Part shown: one piece after another, positions 37,267-49,141 of the stretch | Layout of the letters: every line of letters starts with the position of its first letter | How positions within the stretch are numbered: the first letter of the stretch is position 1 | NCBI RefSeq assembly: GCF_964355755.1 | Contig: NC_092672.1 | Coordinates: forward strand, 21,031,237-21,095,236 | Source: Antedon mediterranea | Taxonomy: Eukaryota > Animalia > Echinodermata | DNA length: 64,000 nucleotides | Direction: 5' to 3' | Notes under the pieces: generated by a model | Databases searched by the model: none | What the model saw: only the letters and a program-made list of their open reading frames with translations | Told to the model about the DNA's origin: nothing | Program-made: the position numbers and the translations under genes

Positions 37267-37867
37267 GGGTAGGCCTATGGTCCTATAAACACCAAACGGA
37301 AACAAAAGGGACTCAGAATGTTGCAAATACCTACCAAACAAGAATAGATAATGGTTAATTAATTATGAAAACCCAAATTTTATAGCAAAAATCGTCCGAA
37401 TTTATGTTAAAAACAATGAATTTAGCAACAAAAACTGAAACCAAACGAGCGTATTTATGGCACGCCATTAGTGCCTTTAATAGGAGAACAATGAACAATC
37501 TGATTGTTTTACATAATATAATTTTTTAGAAAAAGGTTATCAGAGCCTTTGATAATATTATTAAATATAATTTTATTAAGCATAGAAATGTGTTATTATT
37601 TATTTTAGTACATAAATATACGAAATAATGTTCAATACTCATTGTTCTATTAAAAGGCACTATGTGCGTGTGATGTTCTATGACTTGGATACTCTCGTTT
37701 GATTTCAGTTTTTGTGGCTAAACTCGTTGTTTTTAACATAAATTTGGACTATTTTTGCTATAAAAGTTGGGTTTTCATAATTAATTAACAATTATCTACT
37801 CTCGTTTGGTAGGTATTGCAACATTCTGAGTCTTGTTTTTGTTTCCGTTTGATGTTTAGTAGGACCG
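37267..37867. mobile_element. Foldback MITE, Mutator-like, nested in the Harbinger element
   Basis: Long imperfect inverted arms cover nearly the whole length; 10-bp direct repeat CGCTCGCGAA at 37257-37266 and 37868-37877. Confidence 0.7.
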
Positions 37868-38836
37868 CGCTCGCGAAAGACAACAAGTGTTCAGCTCAGG
37901 TGGGAAGGGAATTAGGCAAGATAATAATTATCCTAGGCGATCGGGCGCTGCACGACCCTCCCCATGTTATTGAAGGTGCCATGAGAATTAATGTAAATTA
38001 GCGATGGTAAGTAGGCTTTACAAAAAACAAAATTTGTAGACCTGGAGACAACATTTTATTATTTTAACATGTTCGGCGATATCACACACGTGTGTACTGA
38101 GCGTCGATGTAAACAACCAGCCAATTTACTACTTCCGTCTGAGTGTATTGCATTTTGGGTAATGATGATGTTTTGCTCGACGACCACCCATTGTAGATTT
38201 AATCGGTTATTTCGGAGCACAAATTGAGCAGAAACGCGGTCTTTGTTATTGTTATCTATTTTTAATCTATTTAAAAATAACCGGTTAAATTGCGTTATGC
38301 AGCAGAAACAGACCCTTATAAATACTGCCACCAATGTTAGCTTATTTGTTATCTTTGCTGTTCTATATTTGTAATCAATACAAAGGTTAAAGTGTAAATA
38401 TTACCTTTTTATGGATTCTCTTCCTACAGTGTTGAGCCTAATCTAATACTGTTTTACTTAAATTGTACAAAGGCTTCTTAAAGTTTATTCACATGTCTAA
38501 ATTAGACGGAAGTTTTTCAATTCAATTGTTACTTACAGTTTTGCTGAAAGAAATTGATAGGTTGCAAATTTAAATTGATTTAACAAAGTTACGAATGTGA
38601 ATTGAGTGATTGTTCCAAATGGCTGGAATGACATTTAAAAAGAATATTTAAGAGAGTTACAATGGAAAAAAGGGATACAGAAAGTGGGGAAATCTCTTCT
38701 TTGATTAATAAAGTATTACAGACCAAAATGTTTCATTATTTTGTGTTTTAGCCTAGAGGGCGTTTTTAAGAATTGTGTTGTTAATTGTTCAAACATTTTA
38801 AAAGATTACTTTGTACTGTTCATATTTATTTTACAG

Positions 38837-38901
38837 GGTGTGAGTGAGTGTAGCTACTGTATGACACAGAGTACAATGTTATTGAACTTCCTTCAATATA
38901 G
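38837..38901 (+). other. Possible upstream (5' UTR or coding) exon of the ankyrin gene
   Basis: Good acceptor tttattttacag but weak donor GTAGCT; 65 nt would join in frame to 42113. Confidence 0.25.
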
Positions 38902-39856
38902 GTAGCTTGTAAACAATTGACTATTATGTAATTTGCACATTTTGAGCTTTGCTGTCTTGTGACTATACAATCACTCAATCAATTTTCAATAAAATCATTA
39001 AATTCATTTTTAAACATTTTATTTGATTAATTTATTCACCGTGTGACATGATCAAAAAGAAAAATCAATATGCATCTGTAGTATAAGATGCTTTTATTAA
39101 AATGTCATTATAGCACACGGCAGAATTGGAAGTAATGTTTCACAATAGTAAAAAATAGTTGAAATGGTAAATCATACAAAATGAAAAATCTATACAAAAT
39201 TAACAAATCAGGATAACAAGAAACAAACATGATACAAATAAGATAAAAATTTATTTGACATTGACATTATCTTTATATTATGACCTTTGGATTTTCTATT
39301 TATTTTACCTTGTCTTTAACCAATATTACATTTGAAATTGTAGGGCAATGATAAAATGAAAGCAAACATTAAATCATGCGACTTTGAATACTTGATTGAC
39401 ACAGACAATTTATAACAATTCTTGTCCAGTATTGGTCTTCACTATTTCATGTCTTTAAAAGTAAAATGTTCACTGTAGAGTATTTGTATGTAGCTGTTTA
39501 ACAATTCTTGTCCAGTATTGGTCTTCATTATTTCATATCTTTAAAAGCAAAATGTTCATTATAGAGTATTTGTGTTGTAGCTGTTTGTCATGTTGGTTTA
39601 CCTGCTTATCTTTACAATCTATTAGTATGTTAAACATTTTGTACAGTAAAGAGTTAAGTTGTACATTTTACCCAGTTGTTTCTTGTCTTTATTGAAAATG
39701 ATACCTTAATGTCAGTGGTACTGGTGTCACACAGTGCATCCAAAAAGAATAAACAAAAACAACAACAAAAGTAATTAAATGAACAAATTGAACATTAAAC
39801 TTTTAAACTTCTAAACTTCTTATATATTTTTTAGTGAATTTATTTGTTCATTTCTA

Positions 39857-40400
39857 ATTAATAAAGTATCAAATACATTCTACAGTATTGTCTTATACCT
39901 GTTATATCATGTTGGTTTATCTGTGCCTTTCTATTTAATAAAGTGTATCAAATACAGTATTGTTTTATACCTGTTATATCATGTTGGTTTATCTGTGGCT
40001 TTCTATTTAATAAAGTGTATCAAATACAGTATTGTTTTATACCTGTTATATCATGTTGGTTTATCTGTGGCTTTCTATTTAATAAAGTGTATCAAATACA
40101 GTATTGTTTTATACCTGTTATATCATGTTGGTTTATCTGTGGCTTTCTATTTAATAAAGTGTATCAAATACAGTATTGTTTTATACCTGTTATATCATGT
40201 TGGTTTATCTGTGGCTTTCTATTTAATAAAGTGTATCAAATACAGTATTGTTTTATACCTGTTATATCATGTTGGTTTATCTGTGGCTTTCTATTTAATA
40301 AAGTGTAATACAGTATTGTTTTATACCTGTTATATCATGTTGGTTTATCTGTGGCTTTCTATTTAATAAAGTGTATCAAATACTCTTATATTATGTTGGT
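39857..40400. repeat. 69-bp minisatellite, ~7.5 copies
   Basis: Near-perfect tandem units; explains the 147-aa and 121-aa repetitive ORFs. Confidence 0.95.
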
Positions 40401-41553
40401 TGGTCTATCTATTTTAATAAACTGTGTCAAACATGATGTAAAGTAAATTTGTGTTTGGTTTATCTGTTGGCCCTGGCTGTTGTTTGAACTTAGACTACAT
40501 TAATCTAATAACCTTTGCCTTAGTTTACTGCTTGTTTGTCACTCTGTTATTCCCCTTAGTAATATCATATCTGATCAACTTGTAGCAAATATTAAACCAG
40601 GCTTTGTTGCACTATTGTAGCATTAAATATAGTAGGTTTATTTATATACTTTTTTTAACACTCTGAAATTCACAGTACACTTTTTTTCAGTTTGTCTTCT
40701 GTCTTTATACAATTTTGTTAAAATATTATTATTAACCAAAGTACAAAATAGTATATAATTTACTTTGTTATTATTTAAACCCAAAATTGTTGTTTTAAAA
40801 ATAATATTAAATCTTTTGTCAGAATGTCTTATTAGAAGTTTTTATTTAAATCTCAACTCTGTATTTTTATTTTAAAACAAGCTAATTTATTATTATATCT
40901 GACCAATAACTGTCTTCACTATTGCTGAAGCCAGAGTAGTTAGATTGTTGTGCTTTTCTTCTCAGTGCAGTCAAAATTGTTTTGCTGCTGCCTCCATGTT
41001 GTAACCATTATCTTAGTTTAAGAAACAATAATCTCTTAAATGTACCCTTTTGTAAAACTAAGTACTGTATGGAAATATTCCAGTTCATGTAATTACTAAT
41101 ATCATTAATAATGTTTATTTTAATGATTCATTGTATGAACCTCGTCTCATTTAATGTTGTATTAGAGTATTTTGTCTAATTCCAAGTAAAAATATATAAT
41201 TGTATTATTACAAGACCTTAATCAGCCATTATTAGAGTTTACCTGAGGTACCTTGATACACCTTGTTTGCTTTACCTAAAATGGTAATTCACGTTGGTTT
41301 GTAGTTCTAATCAACTATATGATAAAAACAAAGCAAACACTAAGTCACGCTATGTTGTAATTTGTATAGAATCCATTGAATTGCACTGGTTATCACTATA
41401 TAAATAATGATATAAAAGTGTTTGGTCTTCTGTACAACAACCACTTGCATTCAACTTTTGAAGAGGAAACGTTGCATATTTTGGATTTATTTTATTTTAG
41501 CATTACCACTGTAAGTGTATGTAGTACTTGTAGGTCTAATAATGTTATAATTG

Positions 41554-41913
41554 TATTTGATAGAGAAAGCATTGGTTGAGGAAAGTGTTGATAGAGAAGA
41601 CATTGGATTATATTTTTACTCTATTTCAACATCATGTTATAACATTATTTGATAGAGGAAGCATTGGTTGAGGAAATTGTTGATAGAAGAGACATTGTAT
41701 TATATATTTACTCTATTTCAACATCATGTTATAACATTATTTGATAGAGAAAGCATTGGTTGAGGAAATTGTTGATAGAGGAGACATTGGATTTTATATT
41801 TACTCTATTTCAACATCATGTTATAACATTATTTGATAGAGGAAGCATTGGTTGAGGAAATTGTTGATAGAAGAGACATTGTATTATATATTTACTCTAT
41901 TTCAACATCATGT
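41554..41913. repeat. 92-bp tandem repeat x4
   Basis: Units start at about 41554, 41646, 41738 and 41830, with alternating variants. Confidence 0.9.
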
Positions 41914-42122
41914 TCAGTACTTGTACCGTATTTATATTTGTTGCTTTCAAAATTAGAGGGAGGGGTGCTTTTATTAGGAAAAGGTTGATTTAAAGCCATA
42001 ATAGACTGTAGATGATCCTAATGATGTAGGAGAATACAAATTTTGAATTGACAAATGTTTTTTTTTTAACCAGCAATTCCATTATTTTGTTTTTGCCCTT
42101 TTTTCAATTTAGCAGAATAACA

Positions 42123-42176
42123 ATGGAACACCTCAGGAAAAATCTTCTACATCTTTGTTCATTCAATGGTATTCAG
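42123..42176 (+). CDS. Ankyrin-repeat gene, probable first coding exon (MEHLRKNLLHLCSFNGIQ)
   Basis: Polypyrimidine tract with TAG/CAG acceptor at 42112/42115; ACAATGG start context; CAG|GTAGGC donor; LLHLCSFNG resembles ankyrin helix 1. Confidence 0.65.
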
Positions 42177-42843
42177 GTAGGCAAGTTTACACTGTTTTAG
42201 GACAATAGCATTTAACCAGCAACAATTAACTAGCAATACTACTACTAGCTCATTAGCAACTTAATAAATTTTTCTATGCTAATGGATATAAAACAAGTAA
42301 CTAAATGAATTAAAAGTGACAACATGGCGGTATAACAACAACAACTTACAGTGCTGCCATAATGGATCAAAATAATCACTGTAGTGCTTATAAATACTGT
42401 TTGCTCATTTGATGTGATTGTTTTGTTTATTTATTTGACTATCATGATGTCAATACAAAACATACAATACAACATATGAAAGATGAAAAATGCTGGGCAG
42501 GGGCAGCTTAAGTAAAATACATTGCTGTAAATCAAATGAGCCAGCTACCCTTCATATAAAATGCTGGGCAGGGGCAGCTTAAGCAAAATACATTGCTGCC
42601 GGGCATTACTGTAAATTAAATGTGCCAGCTACCCTTCATATAAAAATAAATATAAAAAAAAATTAATTTCTATAAAAATATGTGTACAAAATTAATGTAA
42701 AAACAAAATTTAAGACAAGAAGAAAAAAAAAACTTATAAACATGGAATGTACAGTATGTTGTTGTCTATGTTTACTATAGTATATGTATTTTAATGAAAA
42801 ATGTAACTGAATGCATATTGATCTATATGTTTTATTTCATTAG

Positions 42844-42918
42844 ATTACAGAGGAAAAAACTGCTGAAGAAATTTGCCAATTCATGGCTAGCAACAATGCT
42901 GTCAACATCCAGAGCCAG
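42844..42918 (+). CDS. Ankyrin-repeat gene exon, 75 nt (ITEEKTAEEICQFMASNNAVNIQSQ)
   Basis: tttcattag acceptor; CAG|GTATAC donor; phase 0/0; completes a degenerate first repeat. Confidence 0.7.
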
Positions 42919-44059
42919 GTATACATCAATTTGTTTTCCTTTGTAATGAATTTGATAATACAACCTTAAATTACATGACACTAATTAAAGTGCATCAATA
43001 CTAATTTGTTTTTAGTATCTGCTAAAAGTATTCTCTCGTTGCATATTTGCAGATAACATTCACACTGATTGTTAAAAGAATCATATTTTTTTTCTCAATA
43101 TAATAATGTTTCATCTCTTAAGCAGTTTTAGTGTTAAAAAGTATATGTGTGTTTATATCTTATCTTAGCTGTATGTTAGATGGTTTGTATATTGTGTGTT
43201 TATATCTTATCTTAGCTGTATGTTAGATGGTTTGTCAATATAATTTAGTACATTAGTCTTTCAGTACAATTTGCTTAGACAATTTGATTGGCTAATAGTA
43301 ATACCCGATTTGAATAATGGCTTGGTAACCCAATCCCCTGTAATTGTAATTAATTTCAGAATCTGAACAATGGTATAATTATTCATCTGTTGAACAAATA
43401 ACTAAACAAACTTCATAAGAAATATATACATCACTGAAAGAAAAATACAAGGCACAAAGGCAGTGAAAAAAAGGATGAACAGGTTTCAAACACTTCTATA
43501 CACATTGGACCCCTTGTACAAATAACAAAACATAAAAACACAAACATTTAGGATATAAAAATAGCTGAAATGGTACTATTTTCAGTTTCATGTATAAAGC
43601 ACACAGATGCAACATGCCATCATTTAAGACCTGGCCACAACAAGCATAATGGTGGTACATACCTAATTGGTGACAGTGGCTAGGCTGCTTTTGTGCTTTC
43701 CTACATTGTCATTCATGCTTATATTAACAAATAATGCCTATTTTTTCTCTCTCTCTTTTGAATATAGATTACTTTTTAAAGGATTTTTGTTATATGAACA
43801 AATTTCACACAGCAGTTTCATTTATTAAACTTTATCACTGAAAGAAAAATACAAGGCACAAGGCAGTGAAAAAAGTGATGAACAGGTGTCAAACACTTCT
43901 ATCCACATTGGACCCCTTGTACAAATAACAAAACATAAAAACACAAACATTTAAGATATTAAAATAGCTGAAATGATTCTATTTTAAGTTCATATATAAA
44001 TCATGCATCATGCCATCATTTACAAAATAAAATAATAATAGATCCATATTTTTGTATAA

Positions 44060-44270
44060 TTATTGTAATATTGTTTTATTATGTTGGGGACCCCTTTGGA
44101 AACAAGCCTCTGGGCTTATAGGGCCATCCCCTGCTTTCCATGCTTATTTTCTTGTCTAGTCTTGTATTTTTATATTTAATGTTTCTCTTTTTATTTCATT
44201 TACATTATACTGTTTTATATATTTGTATTGTATTTGGAAAGCAATAAATATTACTTACTTACTTACTTAC
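44060..44270 (+). mobile_element. 3' tail fragment of a LINE/SINE (second copy at ~49700-49906)
   Basis: GGGGACCCCTTTGGAAACAAG stem region, then AATAAA and an (ACTT)n tail. Confidence 0.4.
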
Positions 44271-45212
44271 AACCTGGATTTCACACAGCAGTTTGAAACA
44301 AACAATTCAATTTTCCATTTATAAAATGTACCATAACATTAACAAATTGACAAAACCTAACCATAAAAAAAAAAAAAGCCTAAAACATTGTAGAACACTG
44401 GAGGCCTTTTGCTACCCCCTCCACCACCAGTTCCTGTGGCTGATTGTTCAAACTTTATATGATCATTTATATGATCTTCCCAACATAGGTATGATCCTAT
44501 TTTGACACCAAGATTAGTTTGTGTTTTCTCAAAGATACAACCATTCTTCTGATAAAAAATGTGAGATGTTTATCATGTGATATAGAAATAATTTGAAAAT
44601 TAATTTCCCATGTTACTCCATTGAATAAGAACATCATGTCCATCTGCAGCAAATGACAGTCATCAATGTTAATGATTGACTTGTAACATTTTATCAATGT
44701 CCATCTGAGGCAAATGACAGTCATCAATGGTAATGATTAACTTGTAACATTTTCCCTATTTAAAATATACGTCATGAACCAATCATGCAAATTAATTTAG
44801 ATATTGACACAAACTACTTGTAGTAGTTATCAACATATTGGTGCACTACCCACTGCTTCTTGAGGCTGACATCAAACCCTATCAGCTCAAGCTCTGTGTT
44901 GTATACAGATTTAACCACCAGACTAGTGACTGTTTTATTACTACAGTATTACTATTTTATTATTGTATTCAATTATTCAACACCCCAACAGTGTATCAAA
45001 ACACCAATACAGGATCAAAATAAAAGTACAATATAACATATTTACATGATAAAAATATTAATATAATTAAAAAACTATTCATTAAACATTAACAATTCAA
45101 CAGATTTAGTTATTCAAGTTATTTAAAATGACATTAAATGCTGTATAAGTATTAATGTGTAAGTATTACAACTAAAAATATCAATGTTAGGAAAGATTTA
45201 ACTAGATCATTA

Positions 45213-45354
45213 TAAAGCTCTGTTTACACTATTAAACTTTATGTGACAAAAAAATGTGATTTGCCCATATATGGACAAAATGATGCCATATCACCACCAT
45301 ATTTGGGCAATCACACATTTTTTTGTCAGTCTAGTCTAGTGATAGTGTAGACAT
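45213..45354. mobile_element. Short palindromic MITE (second copy at ~50756-50897)
   Basis: TGTTTACACTAT...ATAGTGTAGACA, plus inner IRs GACAAAAAAATGTG/CACATTTTTTTGTC and GCCCATATATGG/CCATATTTGGGC. Confidence 0.55.
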
Positions 45355-46209
45355 ACAGTAACTGAAGTTGAGCAACATGACAGAAATAACTGTTTTTACT
45401 ATATAACAGGCACATGAACATGAGTTTTAAACCGCCTGATTATATACTGAAATTTGATTAATTAATTTGAAACAATAAAGATGAAGAAACATAAGAATAT
45501 TTAAATTACAAATAAATTTGACATTTAGTCCTTATGACACTCAAATCTTAAAACATTAATCCTCTCAACATTTTAAAAATTCTATAAGAATAATATTTAA
45601 TATAATGTTGTTTTACTCTACTATCACTTTGTTCTATATTTATTTTACTGCATGTTTGTGTCTTTGTCTTTCTGATTCTGAAATATTTAAAGTTATTGGT
45701 GAACTCTACACAGTAGGCACATTGTAAATAAACTATAGAAATTGATACCAAGAACTATGTTTATCCTCATTCTTTTAGAGAATCAAGACAGATTTTGTGG
45801 ATTCATTTATTTCAAGATGGATATTTTCAATAATCCTCATTTTGGGATAATTTTAAAAATATGTTAGCACTGTTATAATAGACAAACCAATTTCACAAGA
45901 AGAAAATGTTGTGAATGAAATCATTAAGATTAGATTTGGGTTATGGCTGGTAGATTGTATACATTACAATTCATACTAATTGTGATAATATAATAAGACA
46001 CACTATCACTCTGATAAATAGTAAACTGAATCAACAAATTGAACTTATTATAAATGATGGCAAATAATCACAATAAAAGCTTAAAAAATGCTCATTTAAC
46101 TGGCACATAATTAGTATGTTATGTTCAGGCCTACTTTGTCTAATTTTTCTTAAGTACTTGACTACAGTCGGTAGTATAATAGCAATAATACTTGTTATTC
46201 TTTCAATGA

Positions 46210-46405
46210 TTATTATTATTATTTTTTTGGGACCATATTTAATGAGGGTGATCCATCCATTGCTGATCATTAGGGACCCTCAGAGGTTCACAAGACAAAC
46301 ATATACACAAGATACTCTACATAAACAAAGTCTTATTACAAGTCTTTGGGAGTGGAGTTGTAATTTTTTCCTGACATGTGACAGGACTTGAACCACCCAG
46401 GATCC
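46210..46405 (-). mobile_element. tRNA-derived SINE fragment
   Basis: Minus strand has a B box GGTTCAAGTCC and an A/(AAT)n tail; paralog of 51757-51953. Confidence 0.6.
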
Positions 46406-47200
46406 TTAATTATGATAACATACTGTCTGTTATTATTTCATAGATCCTAAATGTATATCAAAGCAATGCTGAAAATTAGTATTATACAATGTTTGTTATA
46501 AAAGACATTAAGTTTTAATTGATTAATTTTATTGATTAAAAAAATTTATTAGATTTATATTTTTGCACGACAAAATAATATGAAAGAAAATATATACTAA
46601 ATAATTGTGAATAAAAAGTGAGGTTATGATTACACTGTCAACAATTGTGATGTACAAAATAAAAATGCCTACACAAAAAACACACACGAATAAACAGTAG
46701 GCCTAAATGATTATCAACAAGCTATTACAAGTTGGAGTGGTACAATTGAATATTAACAGCTACCAACACAATTTGAAATTTAAAATAAATTGTCCAGTTT
46801 TATAATTGCACTGTAAAATAATCCTATAAATGAAATTGTTTAAAACATGTAGGATACCTTTTATTTTCACAATAGTTTTGCATTAAAATAAAATTGATTA
46901 TAGATGATATAGTTAGTATACTGTTATCTGTTTAATATTTCAGAATATAAATACCTTGATCATGAGCATAAGAATAGTTTACAAAAAAACAATACATTTT
47001 ACAATGCTTTGTAGAAATAATCATTTAAAATTGATTGTTGTTTTTAGAAAAATTATTTTCAACATTGAAAAAAATATTAACTTTTATTAAATTAAGGATA
47101 TTTATAAGATTATTAATATTAGTCATTTTTTTGTGTTCGATATTAAGGAATATGATGTACATGTTTTGTAACTTTGTTTATTATTTAATATTTTCAATAG

Positions 47201-47299
47201 GATGGCTGGACAGCATTAATGCATGCTGCTTATGCAGGTAATACAACCATCTGCCAACTGGTCTTAGATGGTGGAGCTGATGTCAATATGCAGACTAAT
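47201..47299 (+). CDS. Ankyrin repeat exon, 99 nt (DGWTALMHAAYAGNTTICQLVLDGGADVNMQTN)
   Basis: ttttcaatag acceptor; GTAAGC donor; phase 0/0; canonical G-x-T-x-L..AA..G..GADVN. Confidence 0.92.
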
Positions 47300-48523
47300 G
47301 TAAGCCATACACACAGTTTATAACATTAATTTAACCTTCAGTGAAACAAATCAATAAATTGAAACTCTTGTTTTTAGAATTTAGATGACTACCAGTACTA
47401 TAAGACTTTAGGAAAATCATAGATATTATATAATAATTATCTCTATGAGAAGATTAATTTAGTTGACAATACACTACTGTAGTATCCATGTTATTATACT
47501 ATTGTAGTTATATTATAATAATACCAATTCTCGTAACAAACATATTTTAAATATCTTGTACATTCTTAAAATGAATAGAATAACACAATACTGGTGTGTA
47601 TATAGGTCAATATAGAAATGATGAATATTATAAGTTATAAACACATGCGTAATAACTTATTTTCTTCTTTTTTACAAATTCTCATACTATTACTATTCTG
47701 TTTAAATTTGCAATCAAATTTTTGTATTAAGAACATGTATACTTCAAGTTACTTGTTTACACACTGTTATACCATAACATTAATATGTGTATTAAATAAT
47801 ATACACATTTATTTTCCATAATTCATTGCCGAATGCTGCTTTTAGAAATAAAGTGTGAAATGAATTTTACACCACAGTTTTTAAAAATGTTTGCTATTGA
47901 TTAAATAAAAATGTTGATAGCATACACCTCAATCATCAAAGTAAAACTAAATGGTATTAAAGTCAGTATGTTTTTATAAATTGATATTAACATTCAATAG
48001 AATACTCATAACACTTTTCATAGCATAAACTTCTTTTGAATATTTAACTGTATTTTAGTATTAGGCAGGTCAGAAAATAGGAATAACATTTGTTGATATA
48101 ATAAGTATGTACATTAAAAAAAAATAAGTTGTGAATATGAATCACGTCTATCATCAACCTTCACCTTGATTCCTTTGCTCTTTATAATTTGAGGATATTT
48201 CTAGATTAAAATGATATATCTATGCTGAAATGAAAGGTAGTGAAGATTATTTTTGATAGAAGGGCTCTTCTTACCTAAAATTTAAAACCAGAAATTTGTC
48301 AACATCCAGAGCCAGGTATACATCAATTTGTTTTCCTTTGTAATGAATTTATTTGATAATACAAACCGAAAATTACTTGACACTAATTCAAGTGCATCAA
48401 TACTAATTTGTTTTTAAGATCTTTTATAATTGTTCTCTCGTTGCATATTTTCAGTAACATTCACACTGATTGTTAAAAGCATCATATTTGTTTCACTTCT
48501 TGAGCATTTTTTAGTGTTAAAAA

Positions 48524-49141
48524 GTATATTGTGTGTTTATATCTTATCTTAGCTGTATGTTAGATGGTTTGTATATTGTGTGTTTATATCTTATCTTAGC
48601 TGTATGTTAGATGGTTTGTATATTGTGTGTTTATATCTTATCTTAGCTGTATGTTAGATGGTTTGTATATTGTGTGTTTATATCTTATCTTAGCTGTATG
48701 TTAGATGGTTTGTATATTGTGTGTTTATATCTTATCTTAGCTGTATGTTAGATGGTTTGTATATTGTGTGTTTATATCTTATCTTAGCTGTATGTTAGAT
48801 AGTTTGTATATTGTGTGTTTATATCTTATCTTAGCTGTACTGTATGTTAGATGGTTTGTATATTGTGTGTTTATATCTTATCTTAGCTGTATGTTAGATG
48901 GTTTGTATATTGTGTGTTTATATCTTATCTTAGCTGTATGTTAGATGGTTTGTATATTGTGTGTTTATATCTTATCTTAGCTGTATGTTAGATGGTTTGT
49001 ATATTGTGTGTCTATATCTTATCTTAGCTGTATGTTAGATGGTTTGTATATTGTGTGTTTATATCTTATCTTAGCTGTATGTTAGATGGTTTGTATATTG
49101 TGTGTTTATATCTTATCTTAGCTGTATGTTAGATGGTTTGT
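48524..49141. repeat. 47-bp minisatellite, ~13 copies (2 copies at the paralogous site 43141-43235)
   Basis: Unit GTATATTGTGTGTTTATATCTTATCTTAGCTGTATGTTAGATGGTTT. Confidence 0.95.

Larger units (their letters stand above)
36718..38315. mobile_element. PIF/Harbinger-like deletion derivative
   Basis: TIR GGGCCTGTTTCTGCTGCATA / TATGCAGCAGAAACAGACCC; flanks TTG/TTA; subterminal AACCGGTT motifs; Myb/SANT-like remnant inside. Confidence 0.7.

Noticed and set aside
36672-38333. AAATACTGCCACCA direct repeats as the TSD of the Harbinger-like element
   Set aside because: The left copy is about 30 bp away from the TIR; more likely a pre-existing local duplication
39923-40366. 147-aa and 121-aa repetitive ORFs
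   Set aside because: By-product of a stop-free 69-bp (3n) minisatellite; no splice or start support
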